NCBI GenBank assembly: GCA_951406725.2
Contig: OX597819.1
Span: 95,480,001 to 95,544,000, forward strand
Origin: Octopus vulgaris
Lineage: Eukaryota
Length of the DNA: 64,000 nucleotides
Reading direction: 5' to 3'
Of this stretch, positions 13,335 to 27,041 are shown piece after piece (the first letter of the stretch is position 1; each line of letters starts with the position of its first letter). The notes beneath the pieces were generated by a model. The model had not been told where the DNA came from, did not search any database, and was given only the letters and a program-made list of their open reading frames with translations. The position numbers were made by a program, and so were the translations under genes.

Positions 13335-13633
13335 AGGTTGCTGAGTTCAAGCTAAACACAGAGGTGCGTCAAGCTCAACGTCAGCAGTATTTTGAGAAGA
13401 AGAAGGCACATGAGATGGAGGTACAGGCATCACAAATGGAGCAGGAACAGCTGAGGAAAGAGGAAGAAGAGAGAGAAATCCAACGGCTAAGGGCTGAGGC
13501 TGTACACAAAGCCAAGCCAATTCGACATTATAAAGCAGTTGAGATTCAGCGTAATTTGCTACCCCCTACTATTCCTCAGACTCCAAAATTCTGTTATAAG
13601 AGCCGTGTGCGCAATGTGAAAGCTGACAACTAA
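13335..13633 (+). CDS. TPX2: TPX2 terminal coding exon (C-terminal TPX2 domain)
   Basis: tttacag acceptor; EFKLNTEVR...RLRAEAVHKAKPIRHYK...PTIPQTPKF; stop TAA ends at 13633. Confidence 0.93.
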
Positions 13634-14110
13634 GGTTTCAAGGTGTTTGATTCTTTCTTGGTTCTTAGATCTTTTAGATTGTTCCTATTCATGAAGATGA
13701 ATTTACTTTAAATATTTTAATATTTCAACTTTGTTTCTCTTCAAGAACCAGGTGATAATTCTGACCAGCCATACACCTACTCTCATTGACCTGTTTTTTT
13801 TTTGTTTTTTTTTCATTTCTCATTTTCTTCTGAAAAGTCAGTGTCTGTTATTAAGGCATTTCCTTGTCACAATTTGATTTTCTTTGTGTATGGCATAGCA
13901 TTACATAAGATGTTGGTGGTTCATTTCATCTAACTTGTATCACTAATGGCCTTGAGAGAAAACTGTGACACAATCTTGTTCATCCTTCTTTCTGCCTGCT
14001 AGATATAAAAGCAACACAAAAATACCTGAATATTACTTATCTTCAGTTTATGCTAGAGATTTGTGAATTTAGTGAAGATAACATTAAAATCTTAATTTAA
14101 TTCTTTTTAA

Positions 14111-14116
14111 AATAAA
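14111..14116 (+). promoter_or_regulatory. Candidate TPX2 polyadenylation signal AATAAA
   Basis: AATAAA about 480 nt after the stop, with GT/T-rich sequence downstream; no transcript evidence. Confidence 0.35.
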
Positions 14117-14929
14117 CATATAGGATTTGTCCTTAATATTTCCACTTGATAAGTAATATTTCATTGGTGTTGTTTATAACAATTTTAATGTATATAAAAC
14201 ATCACTTAGCCTGGAAATAGCTATAGGTTGAACATAATTTAATGGCAGATTTTCTACAGCCAGATGTCCTTGTTGCCAACCCTCACTTGTTTCCAAGCAA
14301 GGTGATGAGGTAAAATATATTTTTTCTTATGTGGGCATGGTTTGGATGAGGTCTCCAAGCATCTCATTAATTGTTAGTCCTTCATCATCTGCAATATGCA
14401 ACAAGAAAATTGGCTGTGTTTACTGTTACATATATCTTGTTTCTGTTGTTAGATGCTCTACTGGCACTTGAGGTTATCTGAGACTTAGTCCCCTCTATGC
14501 AGCTGCATTTGTTCCAACCTTGATTAAAAAAAATTTTTTTTTAAAGTTTTTAAAGCTGTATGCCCTTCCTATGCCAGCTATTTCATGGCATGACCTACAT
14601 GTGTGTATATAGATAATTTCTTTTATTTCTAATCATGCTTATCTTTAAATTAGCACACTAGATTCCCCTGACTCTACATTGAGTTTTTGATCGTTTTAAG
14701 GTATAGTTTTCTAATTTATTTGTCTATGAAAGATGCTGCTTTCAGGTTCTTTAATTTACTGGTAAAGAGTTTTTAATCCAATCATGAAAGAGAATTCATT
14801 CTCTCTTTTCAAGCATCATTGAGCTCAACAATTCTGTTTGATATCAAACTTTCTACTAATGTTGCAAATGTCAGTATAATTCATACAAGGTTATTGATAA
14901 TAAATTAGAAAACTTCCATTCAGATCTCG

Positions 14930-16500
14930 AACTGTGGCATGCCACCCAGGCTTTGCTCTTCCTCTCAACTATGTTATCCTCTGTGTTTCCAGTCTTTACT
15001 CCCGGCTACAGGAAGTCCTCGACCAACTCTAGTAGTTTACCGCCTACATTCATAATCTTCTCTGACTTAATGTTCTTTACCAGATACTTCATCTTATTCT
15101 CATTCATTTTCAGCACCACACTCATTGACACAGTCTCCACCTCCTGCATCAATTTCTCTGCCTCCCTTACTGTGTTTGTCACCAGAACTTTGTTGTCAGC
15201 AAGTTCAGCTTCTGATATCTTTTTAGCCTTGACCCTCCTGCTCTGAGCCAGTGCTACAGTAAAGCCAGTGTCTTGATGTTCTCCAGCACAGGGCACTGTG
15301 ATGATAAAAATGTAGAGAGCCCTGGAGCACTCTAGCCAGTATCTCAAAGAGCTCTGTCATCCTGTCAGGTGTAATGACTTGGGCTCTGGTATTGTAGAGC
15401 AGTGATATCAAGTCTATCTTCTTGGGGATTCCATAAGCGTGTATGATCTTCATCAAGCGGTGACAGTCCACAGAATCAAAGGCCTTCATAAAATCAATGA
15501 AAACCACAACAGCAGGAAGACTCTTTGCTCTAGCTCCTTCTAATATCCTCCTCAGCGTTAGGATGTGACTGGTGGTTGAGCTTCTCCATCTCAAGCTGGA
15601 TCCTGTTAAGAATCATCTTGTTGAGGGTCTTTGCTACCAGTGACATCAGTAAGATTCCCTGTAGTTGTTGGTGTAAGAGAGATCTCCCTTCTTTGGTACT
15701 GGGGCGATGTTACTGATCCTCCACTGATTCAGGGCAACCCTTTTTTCTAGTGCCTAGTTACAGAATTCCAGGACGATATCAAAATCACACATTCATCACC
15801 TCTGGTACTACTCCATCTTTTCCATGGGCCTTTCCCTCCTTGATCTTCTTGGCTCTCTGAAGCTCCTCTTTGGTGAAGGGTCTTGTCTCAATATCTAGTT
15901 CCTCAAATAGCTGCCCGATCTCCCTAGTGTTCTGGGTTGTGGAAGGTGGCTCTCCTAGTAGGGTCTTAAAATGGTCCAGCCATTTACTCTTCCTATTCTC
16001 GGGCCCTGTTCCCTGGATCTGACACAAACTCCTTCTCTTCCTCCCCATGATCTTCTTGATGATTGTCCAGCTCTCTTCACACTTCTGATCTTCTCCATCA
16101 ATGCCTCTTCTCTAGCCTCAGTGTAAGTAGTACAGAGTGCTTTCCACATTCTCCTTCCTCTCCTCCATAAGTTCAGCAAGGAATTGGTCCTTGGTAGCTT
16201 TCAGGTGTTCTCTAGCGGCACACACTTTTAGGTCTACAAAGCTGGCATTCCTCCTCTTCTCTCTCCTCAGCACCAGGACCTCACTTGCTTCTTCCACTGC
16301 TTTGGTGAAGTACTCTTACCTCCTTGTCACACTCTCCTCAGTCCCTCCAATTTCTCTTTCCTCTCTCTCTCCACACAGCACTGAACCTATTCTTCACTTC
16401 TACTGTGTACCTCTCCTGTAGCTTATCTTCCTTGAAGAAAGAGTCTTACTCTTTCTTAAGCTCATTTGGACCTTGCTCATAACAAGCCGGTAGTAGTGTT
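14930..16500 (-). mobile_element. Decayed non-LTR retrotransposon RT fragment (RTE-like)
   Basis: Frameshifted fragments KWLDHFKTLL, KAHGKDGVVPE, VFIDFMKAFDSVD, ARVLQG. Confidence 0.8.
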
Positions 16501-16993
16501 GACAGTTCTACACACCCCCCTTGGAACTCCTCTGCACTTGCATCACTGTCCCCGGCATGGCTGTGTGGTTAGGGAGCTTGCTTTCTAGCTACATGGTTTC
16601 GGGTTCAGTCCCACTGCGTGGCACTTTGGGTAAGTGTCTTTCACTATAGCCCCGAGCTAACCGGAGCTTTGTGATTGAATTCGGTAGGTGGAAGTAACTG
16701 CCGTGTGTGCATATGTGCGTGTAGGTGCTTGTGCCTCTCCCAAAGAGAGAGAGGGAATAGCATATAATTGTGTGTATGTTCACATATATCAGTTTCTTTC
16801 CTAACTTCATTTTTTTTTTTTGTTCCAGTGTAGTTAATGACTGAATTCTGCACTTTTTGCGTGGTTTAACATAACTTTTGGTTCACATCACTTCAAGACA
16901 GTCTTCATCTATACAACTAGTACTTGTGTATGTGAATATAGACAAATATGTATATAGTAGTTTGTATGCATGTAGGTATTTGTATATAGTATA

Positions 16994-18285
16994 CTAGCTG
17001 AATGACCTGGCATTGCCCGGGTTATTGCTGTTCTTATTCAGATTAGTAAACAATAAAAAAAAATATCAAAATCATAATAATAGAATTTCGAACTGAAGAG
17101 TCATTTCTGAGATATGTTAACTTTTGAAGAAGTTCATGATTGAGTTTATCAACCATTTCATTAGTTTGAGCCAGTATAGCTCTTTTACATAGCCAGTGTA
17201 ATTGACAGATAAACTAGGAAATACTTTATCCATAGGATCCTTAAGAAATAGTATTATTTGATTGTATGTAATTTCATGTAGCTGAAGTCTTGAGTTGAAT
17301 GTTAATATCCCATTGCCAATCTTGAAAAGATTGTATCATCACTTTGTAAAAGTGATCTCTTGTAAGATGAAATTTTTTTACATGTCTCCAAACGTATGAT
17401 TTTTGTAGGCATGCATGACCTCGTCAGCTTTTGTTCCTTTGGGGATAACCGAAAACATTTGACAAATCTGCAAGAACCGTTACTTCTCCCATGAGCGTGC
17501 TATTGTTTTTTGTCTTGGAGGGTACAGTCAAGTACCTCTAGAGTTCCATGATGTGACAGTGCACTCATCCCAAACAATGAGGCAAGTTTGTTGAACTGTT
17601 GCCATTGCAGAATTTTTGAAAATGCAACACATTTGAGATTCTTTCGTTGCAAGGTTTAGAGGGAGATTGAACATGGAGTGAGCAGCTCTTCCCTCATTGA
17701 GGAGGGGATAGTTGCATAAATGTCCTTTACTATTGATGTAATGAATGCGGAAACACACACACTGACACACACACTCATGTACATATGTATGTGTAGATGT
17801 GTTTATCTGAGGCCTAATGTATAAAAATTATCACAGTCGCGCACACAGTCTAACATACTCGCATACATACATATACTGACACAGACACATTAGCGCACGC
17901 CTCAGGTGTATCTCTGTCCCTGTGTTTGTCTCTCTCTTTAGGTGTGTGTGTGTGTCAGTCATCACAAAAATGTATGTATATTCACATACAGATATTTCAG
18001 TCATTGGCCTAAAGTACTTAGCAAACACACATACACACTTGTGCAGAAAATATGTCATCATCATGGTATAAAATGTCGTTTACAATAGTTGACTTACAGA
18101 AAGATAAAATTTTTGTTATGTAAATGAAAATGTTTATTTGGTAGCTGAAAGATTAACTGAATCTTTTGATACCCTATATGTCAACATCGGTATCTAAGTT
18201 TTCTAATGCATTAGGAACATGCATGCATGCATGCGTGCGCGCGCACACACACACACACACACAAACTCTGCTTTAAATATTAAGA
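16994..18285 (-). mobile_element. Internally deleted Helitron with a PIF1-like helicase remnant
   Basis: Minus strand begins A|TC at 18285 and ends cccgggcaatgccagg...CTAG|T at 16994. Remnant peptides GRAAHSMFNLPL, LIVWDECT and SVIPKGTKADEV match the RepHel helicase. Confidence 0.85.
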
Positions 18286-18812
18286 TATATTGTCAATATA
18301 TTTGTGCTTGCCCATAAAAATATTTCACTTGTCAGTTTTGCTACAATACCACTGGAATATACTGTGGTTGAAAAATATTTTGATTCTGGAATTTGCATTT
18401 TATGTTTTAAGACCAGAATCTGTAATTTTTGTCTTAGATTTGTTTAGTGTGCTAAATTGTAACAGAATGTTGAGATTATATTTGTAATGGAATTTTGAGG
18501 TTGTATATAGTGTTGTTATGAAATTCTGTTAATATTTGTAATCAGCATCATTACTCTCTCACCCCCACTCACTCTTCTTCACTCCACTGCTTTCGTCAGT
18601 TGCCTTTTTCAAGGCAAAATCCCTTCCCACCTACATTTGTCTATATTTCTCCAAAATTTCAAATGACTTTATAGAAGTTACCTTCTTTTTAGATTTTAAA
18701 CGCACTTAGTAAGATAATCTTAGTTAACTGAGGTTTTTCATGTCTTTATATGTAAAACCCTTCCATATGTGTATTTAAGATGAAGTTCCTGAGGTATTTT
18801 CCTGCAATCATA

Positions 18813-19684
18813 CAAGGGGGTACCTAAAAGAAACCAGAATTTTGCAATATTTTATTTACTTAGCTTTACACGTTTACACTTTTATCGCCTTCAGAGTATT
18901 CTCAGTTTGAAGCAATGCATCAGTCCAGGTGCATTTTCCACTATTTGAAGCAATGCTGGAACTCTTGCAAAGTGATGCCTTTTAACACCTCCATCGTTTT
19001 TTCTTCACCTCTACCACATCTGTGAATTCCATAGCACAGCATTCGTCACCAGTGATGATCTTTGATAAAAAAAAGTCTAGATCAACTTCCAACTCTTCTT
19101 TCGGTTCATGATACACATTCACTCATGATTACTTTTGATCTTCCTTGAGCAAGCTAGGCACAAATTTTACTGCAACTCCTTTCATTCACAATTCCTCTCA
19201 AAATTCGTTGGGAGGAGCTCCAGGAAACCCCAATCATATCAACAAGTTCAGTTGTTTGGTGGTGGTCCTCCAAGATCAATTCATGAATTTTCATGTTTTC
19301 ATTCGGGAGCTCAGTGGGTGTCCTGAACAAGGTTGACTTTCAAGCAACAAGTGACCATTCCTGAAGCATGGAAATCACTTGTAAACCTCTGTTTTGCTCA
19401 TGGTGGTGTCCTTGTAAGCTGTTTGAAGCCCATTGTTTTCTGCAGCAGAAAACAGAATTTCAGGAAGCATGGTGTTCCTTTATTTCAGCGATTGCAAAAA
19501 TTGACAAACACAGGAGCACTGCAAAACATAAACGTGCCATGTGGAAGTGCGACTTCACCCAATGACACTAGTCAATAGACTGATGCCTAAGGGTCACATC
19601 AAGTGGCTTCTAGTAGCAGAAGCCTGAACTGCAACAGGTTTTTCCCACAGAGAACGTTTCCAGTTATTTTTGAGTACCCCCTTG
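18813..19684 (-). mobile_element. Internally deleted mariner-like element
   Basis: Imperfect ~27-bp TIRs (caagggggtacctaaaagaaacc / caagggggtactcaaaaataact), TA on both flanks; minus-strand IITGDE remnant near 19045-19060. Confidence 0.8.
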
Positions 19685-20247
19685 TATTATAGCTAAACTG
19701 TATTGGTATCCATCATTTGTACTATCAGTATTTTTGGAGGTTTGTTGGTAGGAAGAAATTTGTTGATCTTATTGGATATATGGTGCTGGTTCTTTCAGAT
19801 CTGGGTTTTGGTGTAAGTTCTTTCTTTCTGTTAATAATGCTATCTTGTGCTTCTCGAATGTACTTCATATTAACAATCCTAGTTAGTTCCAATGATGCAT
19901 TTTACTAGCTCTTTGTTAGTGTCTTGTGCTCTTTTGCTAGTTAGTTCTTATAGAGAGCTATATGAAAACAAACAAAAGGCTTTTCCTTCTGTTGTAACTA
20001 AAATGTGTTTAATATTTTTATTCCTAAAACAAAATATGGGTAGTGTTAACTTAGGGTATAACTGGATCGTAGATGGCAAAACCAAAAATCTGATACATTA
20101 CTCCAGCAATATTACTTATTCAACTCCTAGTAGGTCTATATGCTTGTAATTTACTATGTTGTTTCTGTATATATATCTTCCTATATGCACATTCTCATCC
20201 ATTCTCTATTATACTGATTTATGGATACTGTTCTCTATGTACTCAAG

Positions 20248-20293
<46 letters not shown>

Positions 20294-21496
20294 CATACAC
20301 ACACACACTCCCATCAAGTATTGCTCATTTCGTAAATACGTATAATGCATAAATCTCATGGGCCTATGCACCTGCATTATGTGGGAGGTTCATATAATAA
20401 AAAAATAAATACATGTGATTTAAATTTATATTCTGACATCAGTGGATCATCATAAACTCTGACCTTGCTAGGGCACCCACTCCTCATCACATAGCACATG
20501 TAAACACATAACAATAAATACTTGATTTATCCAGTGCACTTCCACATTACACTTATATTACACCTTCTCTCTCTCTCTCTCTCATATATATATATCTGAA
20601 TGATGATTTATATACTATAGCAGATTGTTTCATTTTCATTTTTGTAAATAAAATTAAAAAACTGATTCATGGCCTGTTTCCTATTTGTTGCATAAGTTTC
20701 TTTAATGGTTTTTTTTTTTATGCTATCATTCATCTTTATTTTATCTCCACACTAAAATATCCTAATATCTTGACAGAATCTGTTGAGTTGAACTAAGAAC
20801 ATTCTGGTATTTGATTACATCTCATTACTTTGGAATTGAAGCAAAAAAGTGACCCAGGTTGACTTTGGTTTTCATGCTTCAGAGGTTTAAATAAAAAAGC
20901 CCCACATGAAAGTACTGGACTTTATATAATTAATTATAATCTTGAAAATGGTGCTTCAGCATGTTTACTCCAATGATTGAAACAATATTGCTATGATTGA
21001 AATATTTTGTTTGTTTATTTACTATTCCTATAATTGTCTTGATTTTTGATTAAAAAAAAGAAGCAATTGAAATTTAGGTTTGAAGCTGTTGTCTTGATGA
21101 TTCTTACATTAACATCAGTGGTTGGACATTCATCCATTTAACAGCTGCTTTTCCATGCTAGCATGAGTTGGACAAGGATCTATTTGAGGCAAGATTGTTC
21201 CACTGAATGTTCTTGTTACCAACCCTTGTTTTTCAAGTAGTGAATTTATTTCACTGGCACTCTTTGAAAGTGCTTCACTGACCTGCTGTGTTGCAAAGGA
21301 ATGGAAATATCATTACTTCACTCAAGGTGCGAGATGTAAACATTGACACACATTTGCAAACACATGATGAACTCCTTATAGTTTGCTTGCAAAATTCTCT
21401 CATAAGGCACTGATTGACCCTGGGTAAAAGAACTAATACACTTGCTCAAGGTGCTGCTGAAACCAAGTGGTTGCATCTTTATTTATATCTTATATG

Positions 21497-23807
21497 TGTC
21501 GGTGGCACATAAAAACACCATCCGAAGACCCGGCAAGACTAGTCAGGCCATAACCCATGGCCCCTACCTGGGACGTAGTCAGTCCACCTGTGCATACCTT
21601 CCTTCTTGTGACACTTGTGAAGACCTGTTGAGGCAAGTGAAAATCAAAACAAATCAAAATAGATGAACATCAATGGAATCTGTATCTTTGTGGTACCAGT
21701 GCCGGTGGCACACAAGAGAACCATCCGAACGTGGCCGTAGCCAGTTCCGCATCGACCGGCCTCCATGCTGTGGGCACGTAACAAACACCATCCGATCATG
21801 GCCGTTCGCCAGCCTCATCTGGCACCTGTGTCGGTGGCACATAAAAACACCTTCGAAGACCCGGCAAGACTAGTCAGTCCACCTGTGCATACCTTCCTTC
21901 TTGTGACACTTGTGAAGACCTGTTGAGGCAAGTGAAAATCAAATCAAATCAAATCAAAATAGATGAACATCAATGGAATTTGTATCTTTGTGGTACCAGT
22001 GCCTGTGACACACAAGAAATCCATCCGAACATGGCCGTAGTCAGTACCGCATCGACTGGCCATCGTGCTGTGGGCACATAACAAACACCATCCGATCGTG
22101 GCCGTTCGCCAGCCTCATCTAGCACCTGTGTCGGTGGCACATAAAAACACCATCCGAAGACCCGGCAAGACTAGTCAGGCCATATCCCATGGCCCCTACC
22201 TGGGACGTAGTCAGTCCACCTGTGCATACCTTCCTCCTTGTGATACTTGTGAAGGCCTGTTGAGGCAAGTGAAAATCAAAATGAAATCAAATCAAAACAA
22301 ATCAAAATAGATGAACATTAATGGAATTGTATCTTTGTGGTACCAGTGCCGGTGGCACACAAGAAAACCATCCGAACGTGGCCGTAGCCAGTACCGCACT
22401 GACTGGCCTCCGTGCTGTGGGCACGTAACAAACACCATCCGATCGTGGCCGTTCGCCAGCCTCATCTGGCATCTGTGTCGGTGGCACATAAAAACACCAT
22501 CCGAAGACCAGCAAGACTAGTCAGGCCATAACCTGTGGCCCCTACCTGGGGCGTAGTCAGTCCACCTGTGCATACCTTCCTTCTTGTGACACTTGTGAAG
22601 ACCTGTTGAGGCAAGTGAAAATCAAATCAAATCAAATCAAAATAGATGAACATCAATGGAATTTGTATCTTTGTGGTACCAGTGCCTGTGACACACAAGA
22701 AATCCATCCGAACATGGCCGTAGTCAGTACCGCATCGACTGGCCATCGTGCTGTGGGCACATAACAAACACCATCCGATCGTGGCCGTTCGCCAGCCTCA
22801 TCTAGCACCTGTGTCGGTGGCACATAAAAACACCATCCGAAGACCCGGCAAGACTAGTCAGGCCATATCCCATGGCCCCTACCTGGGACGTAGTCAGTCC
22901 ACCTGTGCATACCTTCCTCCTTGTGATACTTGTGAAGGCCTGTTGAGGCAAGTGAAAATCAAAATGAAATCAAATCAAAACAAATCAAAATAGATGAACA
23001 TTAATGGAATTGTATCTTTGTGGTACCAGTGCCGGTGGCACACAAGAAAACCATCCGAACGTGGCCGTAGCCAGTACCGCACTGACTGGCCTCCGTGCTG
23101 TGGGCACGTAACAAACACCATCCGATCGTGGCCGTTCGCCAGCCTCATCTGGCATCTGTGTCGGTGGCACATAAAAACACCATCCGAAGACCAGCAAGAC
23201 TAGTCAGGCCATAACCTGTGGCCCCTACCTGGGGCGTAGTCAGTCCACCTGTGCATACCTTCCTTCTTGTGACACTTGTGAAGACCTGTTGAGGCATGTG
23301 AAAATCAAAACAAATCAAAATAGATGAACAGCAATGGAATTTGTATCTTTGTGGTACCAGTGCCGGTGGCACGTGGCACACAAGAAAACCATCCGAACGT
23401 GGCCGTAGCCAGTACCGCATCGACTGGCCTCCGTGCTGTGGGCACGTAACAAACACCATCCGATCGTGGCCGTTTGCCAGCCTCATCTGGCACCTGTGTC
23501 GGTGGCACATAAAAACACCATCCGAGCGTGGCCGTCTGCCAGCCTCGTCTGGCACCTGTCGGTGGCACATAAAAAACACCATCCGAGCGTGGCCGTTTGC
23601 CAGCCTCGTCTGGCACCTGTGTCGGTGGCACATAAAATCACCCACTACACTCTCGGAGTGGTTGGCGTTAGGAAGAGCATCCAGCTGTAGAAACACTGCC
23701 AGATCTGACTGGACTGGTGCAGCTTTCGGGCTCCCCAGACCCCAGTTGAACCGTCCAACCCATGCTAGCATGGAAAGCGGACGTTAAATGATGATGATGA
23801 TGATGAT
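21497..23807 (+). repeat. Tandem concatemer of an RTE LINE 3' UTR (units 301-347 bp) ending in one normal (GAT)n tail
   Basis: Unit start gaagacc at 21524, 21855, 22156, 22503, 22839 and 23186; 683-bp period also visible as duplicated ORFs 22065/22748. Confidence 0.9.
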
Positions 23808-25805
23808 TTACATTCTAAAAAGGTGTCAAATGTTGGACTAAATGTTTTGCATTCAACTCTTATAAGATAGATTACCTTCTATCTTATCACTTATACACTT
23901 CCTAATAAATTTCTGGTTTATATCTGCCAGCTCATGCAGTTGAGGTCTTCCAATTGAACTCTATGGATAAAAAAAAACTCTTCAAGATTGCTAGATAGAG
24001 TAGTCCAACCTGTTTGTCCTTCTCCAATATAATTGAATGAGGTGAAAAACTTCGAACCGAAAGCATCCTTGCAATTAGAGGAATCCAGGACGGGAGATAA
24101 CTCAGGATTTTTAGAAAATATTTACAAAGCATTTCAGCGCTAATCTTAAAGCCATCTAATGAAAACTATTTATTTCGATTTCCTGAGTTATTGCTTTTGC
24201 ATTGATATAATCAGCATTTTGCTTATGTATTTATTGATTTTTTTTTTGTTATCCATCTTGTCAGATTTAATAAGGTTGAAATATCTTCAAGGTCAACTGA
24301 TGAAAGTTGAGGGCTAGAAACACTCATAAATGCATTGGGAAATACTAATTAGCTGATATGTGACGTTGCTTATTTTTAGATTTTAAGCACTTGGTGTTTT
24401 CTCATTTTCCAGTTAATTGAGCTTTTCAACTTGATCTGTGACAGTCTACTGTATGTGTATCTAACATGCAGAACACTCCTCTTTCAATATCAGCTGGAGA
24501 CTTCCTCCTGATACTATGATACAAAACCTGTTTAGAGTTTATATTTAAAATTCTTTATAACAATTAAGCTTTTTGTAATTCTGATCAACATTATCAGACC
24601 AAGTGGAGATTGCCAGCATTTTTCTTTCTCAATTTAAGTAATTTGTCTAAAACAGTACTTTTATATGATTATATTAAGGTAAGGCCTAATGTTCAATAAG
24701 ATATAAGCAGTGTTAAATGCACACGTTGGAATGTATTATAATTAGACATGACTGTGATTAAATGGTTGACTTTGCAACTATGTGGTTTGGGGGTTATTTT
24801 CACTACACAGTATCTTGGACAAATTGTATTTATATCAGGACCAACCAAGTTAAGAGAGAGTGTGCATGAATGTTGATATTTTGTTTAATGCTGTTTAATC
24901 AAAATGATAGTGAAGTTTACATTCTAGTTGATACTACTAGTTGCTCTGATCTTTCAAAGACCTCTAAAATAATAATCCTTTCTATTATAGGCACACAAGG
25001 TGTGCAATTTTGAAAGAGTTGGGATAATTAATTTCATCTCCACAAGTAATCAAATGTTGCAAACTTTATCAATCCCAAAAGGGGTGAAAGGCAAAATGGA
25101 CCCCAGCAGAATTTGAACTCCTGACATTAAATCAGAAGTGCTTCTAAGCATTTTGTTTGGGGTGCTAACAATGCTGCCTTGAATTCATCTCCTTTGTCTT
25201 ATTTCTGTCTTTGCTGATTTCCATGACACCACCCAGCTTTGATTTTTGATATATTTGCAATGAACACTTTCAATTGGCTAAAATTAAATAACATAAAATG
25301 CTCCTAACTTCTTTATCAATTTATAAGAAAGAAAACAAATGCAATTTTCATCACCAGCATGCAAAACAACTTTAGAACTGCACTTTTAAAAAACATAATT
25401 TGGTGGAAATTTGGAAAACTTCAAGGTCCAAAGGATACTTTATTTTACTGATACCAGTGGGATGAAAGGCAAAGTTGACCTTGATGGGATTTTATCTCAA
25501 TGAAAAGACGGTTTGCTTTCCACCCTTTTAGCATCTATAAAATAAAGTACCAATCATGTACTGGTGCCAATGTAATTGACTATCCTCTTCCAATAATAAG
25601 CCTTTCTCCTCTGAGTACAAGGCCTGAAATTTGGAGGGAGGGTCCTAGTTGATTATATTGGCCTCAGTTCTCGTCTGCTACATATTTTATTTTTCCCTTA
25701 ACAGATAAAGATTAAGTCAACCTTGGCAGCATTTCAAGAAATGCTGCTATGCTTTTTGTTCAGAATGCTAGCAATTCTGCCAGCTTACCCCCACTTGAAT
25801 AATAA

Positions 25806-26219
25806 CTAGCAGGACTTGTGAATATTTCACAGAATTAATGGTAAATCTATTGGGTTATTTCTGAAAACTTTATCAAAATAAGACTACAAGTGTAGCCTGT
25901 GTTGTCTGTATCAAAAGATAGTCACTCATCTACTAATCATTGAAAAGTGAAGGAAATTGGAATACAATGATTACTTACTGCACTCTATATACTTTGTGCA
26001 CAATTTTATAGATTTAATACACAACACTCTTCACCTTCCTCCCTTTTGCTCTTTGCTGTTCCCTTCAACTGATCACATGAAAGTGTTACAGACAGGCTAA
26101 GTAATGGAAGAAAAAAAAATTACACATTTCACTCACAACCATCTCTCCTCCCTCCTCAACTGCATTGAGACATTACACACAGGCTAAGTAACAGAGAAAC
26201 TAGCAAAATTATTATAAGA
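25806..26219 (-). mobile_element. Non-autonomous Helitron, family 2, copy 1
   Basis: + strand a|ctag...tgtgaatatttcaca hairpin...attattataaga|t; homologous to 60474-60927. Confidence 0.65.
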
Positions 26220-27041
26220 TCCTTTCTTCTATAGGCACAAAGCCTGAAATTTTGGAGTAAGGGCTGGTCGATCAACACCAATGTTCATCTGATACTTATT
26301 TTGTTGACCCAAAAGGTTGAAAGGTAAAGTTGAATAATGATTTCAAATTTTGGCACACGGTCAATAATTTCAGGAGAGGGAGCAAGTTGATTATATCGAC
26401 GCCCTTCCACCCCCTCCCCCCAACCCCTGCAGTGCTCAACTGGTACTCATTTTATTGATCCCAAAAGAGATAAAAAGTTAAGTCAACCTCTGCAGCATTT
26501 GAACTCAGAATGTGAAGGCAGATGAAATGCTGCTAAGCATTTTGTCCAGAGTGCTGACAATTCAGCCAGCTTGCTCCCCAAGAATAATAGTAATCCTTTG
26601 GTGGCAGCTCATCAATTGAGTCTACCCTGAAGGGATAAGACAAAATTGGCCTGTGCTACTACTCATTGGAAAAAGGTAAAAAAGAGAAAAAGCATCAATG
26701 GTGGCCAGAAGTGCATAAATATTATACAGGATACAAAAAACAAATTAGACAAAGCCATAAACAGGTAAAAGTAAATAGGCATGTCAGTGGAAGTGTTGAT
26801 CAACGTTGGGAAGCATGGCATTTTGAAAAGTACAGTTAACCTTATAAGCTAACAATCAACATGGATAGTTTAATCCATGCCTCAACAGTTCTGAGTGTGA
26901 AAAAATTCTGCACATGTAAGTTTGCTTCCTGTCTACATGGTTCCACATTCAGTCCCAGTGCATGGCTTCTTTGATCAGTGTCTTCTAATATTGCCTCAGG
27001 CCAGTCAGTCTTTTGAATGAATTTGATTGATAGAAACTGAA

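Larger units (their letters stand above)
2778..13633 (+). other. TPX2: TPX2 gene, 3' part (7 coding exons; 5' exons not identified, probably upstream of the window)
   Basis: Seven AG/GT-bounded exons join in frame to give ...ELEEIKMNQFKAKDVNRKIL...FRAQPVPTEILRGVVGVKE...VTIPASPAFALKQR...EPFTFDDR...FKAQP...PFVP...HKAKPIRHYK...TIPQTPKF, colinear with the vertebrate TPX2 central and C-terminal regions. Confidence 0.93.

Noticed and set aside
21497-23300. Canonical hammerhead retrozyme
   Set aside because: Monomer size fits, but no CUGANGA...GAAA core was seen on either strand; the nearest is CAGAUGAG on the minus strand.
21654-23787. Many repeated Cys/His/Trp-rich ORFs (MCHRHRCQ...)
   Set aside because: Shadow translations of the UTR concatemer; unit lengths are mostly not multiples of three and there is no splice support.
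24297-24325. CTGATGA...GAAAC hammerhead candidate
   Set aside because: Weak stem II and no complementary stem I.
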